DNA of 64,000 bases from Candidatus Thorarchaeota archaeon (GTDB lineage: Archaea; Asgardarchaeota; Thorarchaeia; Thorarchaeales; Thorarchaeaceae): positions 91,440 to 155,439 of the forward strand of contig JBHLRZ010000004.1 in NCBI GenBank assembly GCA_048882045.1, given 5' to 3'. The translations under genes and the position numbers were made by a program. Positions 10,898 to 18,342 of this stretch are shown piece after piece. The notes below the pieces were generated by a model, which worked only from the letters and a program-made list of their open reading frames with translations, was not told where the DNA came from and searched no databases. Position 1 is the stretch's first letter; every line of letters begins with the position of its first letter.

Positions 10898-11112
10898 TAA
10901 GAATCGCCTTTTGGATGTGCTCTCACAATCTACGAAACACTGACGATTTGTTTCCGTCTAATAAAACACACTCTCTCAGCCTTCCCAGGAAGACATGCTG
11001 ATCGAATTCGTAAGTTCTTTGATTTCCTGTAAATGTTGCTCGGAATTGAGAACAATGTCTAATGTGGTGCCTAATAAGGTCCTATCAGAATCTAACTGTC
11101 CCAATCTCCTGA

Positions 11113-11217
11113 ATGGTCAGTTATACTAATCTCAATCTTGAAGATGTCTATTCAATCAATCGAACCTCCTTAGACGCATTTTGGGCTTCTATGGACACAA
11201 GTGAACTGATGTGTTAA
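11113..11217 (+). CDS. Putative 34-aa micropeptide with PIP-box-like motif, below the ORF-track cutoff
   Basis: Reads MVSYTNLNLEDVYSINRTSLDAFWASMDTSELMC*. Its stop overlaps the GTG start of the RadA paralog by 7 nt. Confidence 0.4.
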   Translation: MVSYTNLNLEDVYSINRTSLDAFWASMDTSELMC

Positions 11218-11963
11218 TTCCAGGTTTTCAGACTGCAGACAAACTTCAAAGAACGATATGCAAGACAGGAACGCCAATCCTTGACGGTCTCCTTGGGGGT
11301 GGATATGAAACCGGTCTCACATATCTGTTCTATGGACACGAGTTGCTGCATAGTGTCATCCTTCGTTCTGCAGTCCAAGCTCAATTACCTGTGATGAAAG
11401 GTGGGTTCTCAAGTCCTTGTATCATGATTGACAGCTCGAACATGATTGATACAGTAAAACTGAGAGACATCTCATTCCAGCTCGGTCTTGAGCCTGAGAG
11501 TGTCATGGATGCAATCCACATATCTCGCGCTTTCAATGCTTCACAGACTTTCGACCTCGTCATCAACCATCTGGACGAGTTCATGGAAAGCGTTCCAGCA
11601 AAGATGCTGATTCTACCGGGACTTGTCGACCTCTTCAACAGTGAGGGTCTTGACAGTGAAGCGACACGTCAGATGGCTCATATGGCTGCGCGTGTAAATG
11701 CGTTCACTCTGAAACACAATATTGTGACGCTGATATCCACTCGAGAACCATTGGGTTATGGAAAACAACCATCAGTCGGAAAAGCGCTCACAAGCTCTAC
11801 TCAGGTTCATGTACTGGTGGATCAGACTCCGATGCGCAATCTGTATTCACTGACAAAGCATCCAAGTCTCTCGTCCCGAATAGAATCTGTTGCCCGTACC
11901 GGTTCCGTATTTGGCGTGACCCTCCCACTTGAATACTTCTTTGAAGATGAATCTACTACTTGA
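11211..11963 (+). CDS. RadA/RecA-superfamily paralog with degenerate Walker A (likely inactive ATPase)
   Basis: TGTPILDGLLGGG.ETG...LFYG and IHISRAFNASQ are RadA-like. No GKT follows the first strand, and there is no N-terminal HhH domain. Confidence 0.8.
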   Translation: MLIPGFQTADKLQRTICKTGTPILDGLLGGGYETGLTYLFYGHELLHSVILRSAVQAQLPVMKGGFSSPCIMIDSSNMIDTVKLRDISFQLGLEPESVMDAIHISRAFNASQTFDLVINHLDEFMESVPAKMLILPGLVDLFNSEGLDSEATRQMAHMAARVNAFTLKHNIVTLISTREPLGYGKQPSVGKALTSSTQVHVLVDQTPMRNLYSLTKHPSLSSRIESVARTGSVFGVTLPLEYFFEDESTT

Positions 11964-12013
11964 GTGATTTGCAGCATTCTGGACCGTACCCCTCTCCAGT
12001 AGTCCTCTACCTC

Positions 12014-12718
12014 TTACCTGCTCATCGAAACGGACCTGTTCATACTGCTGATGAATAGTTCTAGCCCTGTATCGACCTTGGCAACACCCAGTCCGCCCAG
12101 GTACGGTTCTCTGTCCTCGAATTTCAGTGCTCTCTCAAGAAGCATCCTCTTGGCACTCAGAAGTGCGAGATCATGTGTGATGTGAATGAAAATGATTGGC
12201 TCCTTAGCAGATATCAACCTCTCAATGGTGTCTGCCATGAACCTGACTCGATAGTCCTCAAATGGTTCGATTCGATTCTCAAATTCTCCATCAACCCACC
12301 TATTGACATAATCTGTCACATTCTCTCCATTAGGATGTAGGTCATTCCAAACATCGTGATCCAAAATCTGTGGCGCAACTAGGGTAGGAAGAGGACTGAT
12401 GTCAATTACCTCTCCTCCATTCTCAGAATATCCATCTGCAATACCTTCTGCAGTTTCGTGGCAACGAGGTATAAAACTGGTGTAGATGTCCATAGGCCTT
12501 CCTGGTCTAATTCGTTTTCCAACTTCAACTGCAACCTGCCGACCAAGCTCCGTGATTCCTGCGCTAGCCATATCCTGATGGTTTCGAAGTGTTTCCCTGT
12601 GTGAATGTCTAAGAATAAGCATCAAAGAACTGTTTGAGCTGATATTCGATGCCCAGTCGAGAATGTTTCTGACATTAGTAATCCAATCTTCAGTGTCCCA
12701 GCTTTTCTTGATGTCCAT
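12014..12718 (-). CDS. Histidine phosphatase superfamily protein
   Basis: LRHS, G.TELG, S...RCHETA and ITHD motifs. Confidence 0.85.
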   Translation of the reverse strand: MDIKKSWDTEDWITNVRNILDWASNISSNSSLMLILRHSHRETLRNHQDMASAGITELGRQVAVEVGKRIRPGRPMDIYTSFIPRCHETAEGIADGYSENGGEVIDISPLPTLVAPQILDHDVWNDLHPNGENVTDYVNRWVDGEFENRIEPFEDYRVRFMADTIERLISAKEPIIFIHITHDLALLSAKRMLLERALKFEDREPYLGGLGVAKVDTGLELFISSMNRSVSMSR

Positions 12719-12735
12719 TGTAATTCCTCAAACGT

Positions 12736-13155
12736 TCAGAGGTGTTCACGTATTCCTGCCTCGATGACTCTGAAGCAGTTGGGACAGGTCAGCTCACTTG
12801 AACCTACCCATTCGACTTGATTCATTTCCAGTTTGTATTTGCAATGGGGACAGTATACAGGTACAGTATAAACAGAACCCTCTGCATAGTCACCAGTTTG
12901 ATACATAGGCTGAGTATAGGTTTGTCTCATCATTACACTGTCACTGGTTGTTCTCTGAGTTGTGTTGCACACTACCATAGATACTATGATTATGAGGGTC
13001 ATGATTCCAAAGGTTCCAATCAAAGTTGGCCAGAGGATTGGCCACACATACTCCAGGATCCCAAGTGTTTCAAACATGATATACATGATGAAGAGTATTC
13101 CAGCCATTACAATGGCTATGCCACAGATGATTCTGGCTGCTATATTACTAGACAA
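12736..13155 (-). CDS. 2-TM membrane protein with C-terminal zinc ribbon
   Basis: Two hydrophobic helices followed by CPHC...CPNC. Confidence 0.75.
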   Translation of the reverse strand: MSSNIAARIICGIAIVMAGILFIMYIMFETLGILEYVWPILWPTLIGTFGIMTLIIIVSMVVCNTTQRTTSDSVMMRQTYTQPMYQTGDYAEGSVYTVPVYCPHCKYKLEMNQVEWVGSSELTCPNCFRVIEAGIREHL

Positions 13156-13210
13156 ATGATCACAGTGCAGTTGACTGTGTTTTATCCTATAAAGGTTCAG
13201 AGGATGTGGA

Positions 13211-13420
13211 TACCTGCGACTATTAGTTTTGAACTTTCTCGGAAGAACCGAGCTTCAGAGATTAATAGGAGCACTCACGCTCCAGACAGGTCGATGTCAC
13301 AGATCTGTTTAGTTTCGACCATCTCTCTCGGGCGTGTGAGTTCACTAGGAAGAACTTTCACTCCTCACAAAATCCTAGTATCACACCCTTCATTTGAGAA
13401 CAGTCGAGGCGTGGCAGGTA
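13211..13420. other. Highly base-paired intergenic element upstream of uvrB (possible ncRNA, leader or MITE-like element)
   Basis: Enclosing TACCTGC/GCAGGTA and CGACT/AGTCG pairs with several internal hairpins. Confidence 0.35.
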
Positions 13421-13471
13421 CCGTAAAGGTTACTTACAGTCAGGTATGTGCGTCCAGGAAGGCTGGAGCAG

Positions 13472-15454
13472 ATGAGTGATTTCAAACTAGAGGCACCATT
13501 CAAACCCACAGGTGATCAACCACAGGCGATAGAGAAACTAGTGGAAGGTCTTGAGAGTGAACTCCAGCATCAAACACTTCTTGGTGTTACAGGCTCTGGT
13601 AAGACTTTTACAATGGCAAACGTCATTGAGGCTTACAATAAACCTACACTTGTCATCTCACATAACAAGACATTGGCTGCGCAGCTCGCATCTGAATACA
13701 AGCAATTCTTCCCTGATGCAGGAGTCGAATACTTTGTTTCATACTACGACTACTATCAGCCAGAAGCCTATGTTCCCAGTAAGGACATGTACATCGAGAA
13801 GGAAACAGACATCAACCAGGAGATTGAGAGACTTCGACATTCTGCAACTCATTCTTTGAGATCCCGGAGTGATGTCATTGTAGTAGCATCTGTTTCCTGT
13901 ATATACGGTGTAGGTGATCCGAGTGAGTATGACTACTTCAGGATGTACATTGAACGGGGAGGGCAAATTGACCGACGTGAAATCTTGGAACGACTCGTCG
14001 CCATGCAATACGAGCGAAATGACATGGAGATCAAGCCTGGTGTCTTCCGGGTGAGGGGAGATGTCATAGATGTCTATCCCGCTGCTTCAGAGAACAGCTA
14101 TCGAATTGAGCTCGACGGTGACAAAGTGTACCGGCTCACTATGCTGGAAGGTCTTACCTCAAAGAAGCTGTATCAACCAGACTGGATTGAATTGTATCCA
14201 GCAAAACATCACATAGCCCGTCATGAAACCGTTATCGACGCACTGGAACCGATAGAGCAAGAGATGCTTGAGAGGGTTGAGTGGTTCAAGAAGCAAGGGA
14301 AGATGGTGGAAGCAGATCGACTGAAGCGAAGAACTCTGTATGATATTGAGATGCTTCGGGAGATTGGAATGTGTTCTGGCATAGAGAATTACTCTCGGTT
14401 CATTGATGGTCGAAGTGTAGGTGAGAAGCCATACACTCTACTCGACTACTTCCCGAAAGATTTCCTCATGATTATCGATGAGTCTCACATGACCATTCCC
14501 CAGGTTCGAGGGATGTACAACGGGGACCTTGCGCGAAAACAGAATTTGGTAGACTATGGATTTCGACTCCCCTCAGCGATTGACAATCGTCCATTGAAGT
14601 TTCCAGAGTTCGAGAAATACATGAAACATGTCATCTTCACAAGTGCAACTCCGGGACCATACGAGAAGAAGGTAAGCAAACAGATTGTCGAACAGCTACT
14701 GAGACCCACTGGTCTCTTGGATCCTGACATAACTATCAAACCTGTGATCGGTCAGGTGGACCATCTCCTAGGTGAGATACAGACCACCGTGGGAAAGGGT
14801 GATAGAGTCCTCGTGACTACCCTCACAAAGAAGACTGCTGAAATGTTGAGTGAGTATCTTATTGAGGCAGGAGTGAAGTCTAGATATCTGCATTCAGACA
14901 TCGGTACAGTGGAGCGTATCGAAATCATCCGTCAGCTACGTCAGGCGAAGTTTGATGTCCTTGTTGGTATCAACCTTCTTAGAGAGGGGCTGGACCTCCC
15001 AGAGGTCGGACTAGTTGCTATCCTCGATGCAGACAAGGAGGGCTTCCTGAGGACAGATTGGGCACTCATCCAGACCATGGGTCGGGCAGCACGAAACGCG
15101 AATGGCCGAGTCATTCTATATGGTGACCACACGTCGAAGGCTATGCAGACTGCAATAGATGAGGTCAACCGACGCAGGTCATATCAAGAGAAGTACAATA
15201 AGGAGCATGGAATCACACCTGCGACCATTGTTAAGGATATTCAGGACATTGCCCAAGGCATCACAGTGCGCCAAGAAAGTGCTCAGACAAAGCTCGAGGA
15301 TTTCGATCCTATCGAGATGGATGACCTAGCTGATTACATCATTGACCTTGAGGAAGAGATGAAGGAAGCAGCAAGGAACCTTGAGTTTGAGAAGGCTGCA
15401 AGACTACGTGACAAGATTGCATCATTACGAAAGAGGGTAGAGGGTATCAGATAG
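13472..15454 (+). CDS. uvrB: Excinuclease ABC subunit B
   Basis: PTGDQPQAI, GVTGSGKT, YFVSYYDYYQPEAY beta-hairpin, DESH, GRAARN and C-terminal UVR domain. ATG 13472 is preceded by GGAG. Confidence 0.98.
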   Translation: MSDFKLEAPFKPTGDQPQAIEKLVEGLESELQHQTLLGVTGSGKTFTMANVIEAYNKPTLVISHNKTLAAQLASEYKQFFPDAGVEYFVSYYDYYQPEAYVPSKDMYIEKETDINQEIERLRHSATHSLRSRSDVIVVASVSCIYGVGDPSEYDYFRMYIERGGQIDRREILERLVAMQYERNDMEIKPGVFRVRGDVIDVYPAASENSYRIELDGDKVYRLTMLEGLTSKKLYQPDWIELYPAKHHIARHETVIDALEPIEQEMLERVEWFKKQGKMVEADRLKRRTLYDIEMLREIGMCSGIENYSRFIDGRSVGEKPYTLLDYFPKDFLMIIDESHMTIPQVRGMYNGDLARKQNLVDYGFRLPSAIDNRPLKFPEFEKYMKHVIFTSATPGPYEKKVSKQIVEQLLRPTGLLDPDITIKPVIGQVDHLLGEIQTTVGKGDRVLVTTLTKKTAEMLSEYLIEAGVKSRYLHSDIGTVERIEIIRQLRQAKFDVLVGINLLREGLDLPEVGLVAILDADKEGFLRTDWALIQTMGRAARNANGRVILYGDHTSKAMQTAIDEVNRRRSYQEKYNKEHGITPATIVKDIQDIAQGITVRQESAQTKLEDFDPIEMDDLADYIIDLEEEMKEAARNLEFEKAARLRDKIASLRKRVEGIR

Positions 15455-18342
15455 TGAAGTCATTGACCAACGACAGAGGCAGCGGTTCTCCAGATGTTCC
15501 ATTGGAGGGTCCTCAGTCCATACTAGTCGTTGGTGCTGCGGAAAACAATCTTCGCCACATTTCATGTGAGATTCCGAAGAACAAGTTCACAGTAGTTACC
15601 GGGGTTTCAGGTAGTGGAAAGAGCAGCCTGGTGTTCGACACGATCTTCGCTGAGGGTCAGAGACGCTTCGTTGAGTCTCTCTCTGCCTATGCACGTCAGT
15701 TTCTTGGCATGCTAGAGAAACCTAAGGTCGACTTCATGTCAGGACTCTCACCATCGATCTCGATTGACCAGAAGAGTGTTGGACGCAACCCTCGCTCTAC
15801 CGTTGGTACAATCACAGAAATCTACGACTATCTACGTCTGCTCTACGCAAGAGTAGGTACTCCTCACTGCCCGAAGTGTGGTAAGAAGATCGAACCACAG
15901 ACCTCGCAACAGATGGTCGATCGCATCCTCCGGTTTCCTGAAGGGACGAAGATAGTGATACTCGCTCCAATCGTCCGTGGTCGGAAGGGAGAGTATCGAA
16001 GGGAATTCAGAGACCTGATCAAGAAGGGATTCATTCGAGCTAGAGTTGATGGGGAGCTCGTGGAACTCGAGGACGGAATGTCTCTTGACAGATACTTTGA
16101 GCACACCATAGAGGTAGTGGTAGACAGACTTCGAGTGAAGAAGGATGACCGCAGCAGGATATCGGAAGCTGTCGAGACCTCTCTCAACATGGCAGATGGT
16201 GTTGTCTCTGTCGAGAGGGATGGCGGCACTCTTACGTTATCGGAGCAGTTCGCCTGTGTGGACTGTGGAATCAGTCTTCCGGAGATGGAACCTCGTATCT
16301 TCTCTTGGAACACACCACAGGGAGCATGCACTAACTGTACAGGTTTGGGAGTGGTCCGGGAGTTTGATCCCGACCTGTTCATCAAGAATCCTAATCTTTC
16401 ATTGAATGAGGGTGCGATGATTCCTGACAACTGGGTACTTCGTAGGAAATTGTTTCACAAGGTGGCTGAGAAGTACGGTTTCACCCTCGATATGCCCTGG
16501 AAAGACTTCACCGAGGAGCAGAAGAATATTGTATTCTACGGGACTACTGAGAAGTATGATGTCACATGGGAAGGTGGCAACGAAGAGTATGAGGTAAAGT
16601 ACTCAGGTCATTACAAGAGAGCATTCGAGGGATTCGTCATCCGTGCTCAGAGGACCTACAAGAATACAAAGTCCGAGTATCGTCGTCGACAGATAGAACA
16701 GCTCATGTCCACACAGAAATGTCCAGTCTGTAAGGGTCATCGTCTGCGGCCAGAGTCTCAGGCTATAACGATAGGAAATCGCTCGATCTCTGAGATCGGA
16801 TCTATGTCAATCAAAGATCTTGGTCAGTTCATAGAAACCGCAAAGATTCCAAAGCGGTTCAGACCGGTCTCCGAGCCGATAATCAAAGAGATTCTCGGTC
16901 GCATAGGTTTTCTCCAGGATGTCGGGCTCGAGTACCTGACACTGGACAGGCCCGCTCCGTCTCTTGCAGGCGGCGAAGCCCAGAGGATTCGTCTCGCCAG
17001 TCAGATCGGTTCGAACCTTGTCGGTGTGACCTACGTCTGTGATGAGCCTAGTATCGGACTTCATGCCCGTGACAACCAGCGACTCCTGAACTCGTTGATG
17101 AATCTAAGAGACCTCGGCAACACAGTATTGGTCGTGGAGCATGACGAAGAGACGATCAGGAGTGCAGACTATGTCATCGACCTTGGCGTCGGTGCTGGTG
17201 CTGAGGGCGGGGATGTTGTCGTTGCTGGTGAACTTGATGATGTGTTGAATTCAGAAACGTCAATCACTGCAAAGTACCTCCGAGGTGATGAGAAGATACC
17301 TGTACCTACGGAGCGCCGAAAGTCGAATGGCAGGTTCATAGAGGTACGTGGTTGTCGCCACAACAATCTGAAGGATCTCAACGTGAGGATACCTCTGGGG
17401 CTGTTTGTGGCAGTAACAGGAGTGTCCGGTAGTGGGAAGAGCTCTCTGGTCGTCGAGACACTGCAACGGGAACTAGCCCGCAGATTCCATCATGCTGAAG
17501 CAAAGCCCGGCGAGCATGATGAAATTGTTGGAATCGAACAACTGGACAAAGTCATTGTGATTGACCAGAGTCCCATCGGGAGAACCCCGAGAAGTAATCC
17601 AGCTACATATGTCGGACTCTGGACTCCACTCAGAGAACTCTATGCGAGTCTTCCTGAATCGAAGATTCGTGGATACAAGCCCGGTCGTTTCTCGTTCAAT
17701 GTCAAGAGTGGTAGTTGCCCAAAGTGTAAGGGGGCTGGTGTAGAGATCATCGAGATGCAGTTCCTCCCTCCTGTTCAGGTAACATGTAGCGAGTGTAAGG
17801 GTCGCCGTTACAACAGGGAAACCCTCCAGGTCCGATTCAAGGGGAAGAATATCTCCGATGTTCTGGATATGAGGATAGACGAGGCCCGTGAGTTTTTCGA
17901 GGGAGTGCCTTCGATCCATCGGCGTCTGTCAACTCTCTGCGACGTGGGCATGGGATATGTGAAGATGGGACAGCCCGCTACAACGTTGAGTGGCGGAGAA
18001 GCTCAGAGGATCAAACTGAGTAAGTTCCTGTCAAGACCTGCTACCGGACAGACACTGATTTTATTAGATGAGCCCACGACAGGTCTCCACTTTGCCGACA
18101 TCAAGAAGCTCCTTGAGGTTCTCCACCGCCTGGTTGACCTCGGAAACAGTGTGCTTGTTATAGAACATCAACTGGATGTTGTGAAGACTGCTGACCATGT
18201 CATCGACTTGGGACCTGAGGGTGGGGATGAGGGTGGTTACATTGTTGCTCAGGGCACTCCGGAAGAGATAGTCGCAGACAAAGCCTCATACACAGGCAAG
18301 TACATGTCAGAACTTCTGCAAGAGGGAGGGGCTGAGATGTGA
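15454..18342 (+). CDS. uvrA: Excinuclease ABC subunit A, copy 1
   Basis: Two ABC ATPase modules (GVSGSGKS twice; LAGGE and LSGGE), zinc modules, UvrB-binding domain and QSPIGRTPRSNPATY. Confidence 0.97.
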   Translation: MKSLTNDRGSGSPDVPLEGPQSILVVGAAENNLRHISCEIPKNKFTVVTGVSGSGKSSLVFDTIFAEGQRRFVESLSAYARQFLGMLEKPKVDFMSGLSPSISIDQKSVGRNPRSTVGTITEIYDYLRLLYARVGTPHCPKCGKKIEPQTSQQMVDRILRFPEGTKIVILAPIVRGRKGEYRREFRDLIKKGFIRARVDGELVELEDGMSLDRYFEHTIEVVVDRLRVKKDDRSRISEAVETSLNMADGVVSVERDGGTLTLSEQFACVDCGISLPEMEPRIFSWNTPQGACTNCTGLGVVREFDPDLFIKNPNLSLNEGAMIPDNWVLRRKLFHKVAEKYGFTLDMPWKDFTEEQKNIVFYGTTEKYDVTWEGGNEEYEVKYSGHYKRAFEGFVIRAQRTYKNTKSEYRRRQIEQLMSTQKCPVCKGHRLRPESQAITIGNRSISEIGSMSIKDLGQFIETAKIPKRFRPVSEPIIKEILGRIGFLQDVGLEYLTLDRPAPSLAGGEAQRIRLASQIGSNLVGVTYVCDEPSIGLHARDNQRLLNSLMNLRDLGNTVLVVEHDEETIRSADYVIDLGVGAGAEGGDVVVAGELDDVLNSETSITAKYLRGDEKIPVPTERRKSNGRFIEVRGCRHNNLKDLNVRIPLGLFVAVTGVSGSGKSSLVVETLQRELARRFHHAEAKPGEHDEIVGIEQLDKVIVIDQSPIGRTPRSNPATYVGLWTPLRELYASLPESKIRGYKPGRFSFNVKSGSCPKCKGAGVEIIEMQFLPPVQVTCSECKGRRYNRETLQVRFKGKNISDVLDMRIDEAREFFEGVPSIHRRLSTLCDVGMGYVKMGQPATTLSGGEAQRIKLSKFLSRPATGQTLILLDEPTTGLHFADIKKLLEVLHRLVDLGNSVLVIEHQLDVVKTADHVIDLGPEGGDEGGYIVAQGTPEEIVADKASYTGKYMSELLQEGGAEM

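Noticed and set aside
11062-11217. In-frame TGA (11110-12) between an upstream ATG and the micropeptide, as possible selenocysteine readthrough
   Set aside because: No redox-motif context and no SECIS-like element recognised; the upstream peptide does not look coding.
13441-13471. CAGG...GGAAGG..GAGCAG resembling SRP RNA helix 8
   Set aside because: Spacing does not match and the segment runs into the uvrB RBS and start.
12817-13479. 220-aa plus-strand ORF
   Set aside because: Antisense shadow of the zinc-ribbon gene plus intergenic DNA; composition is not protein-like.
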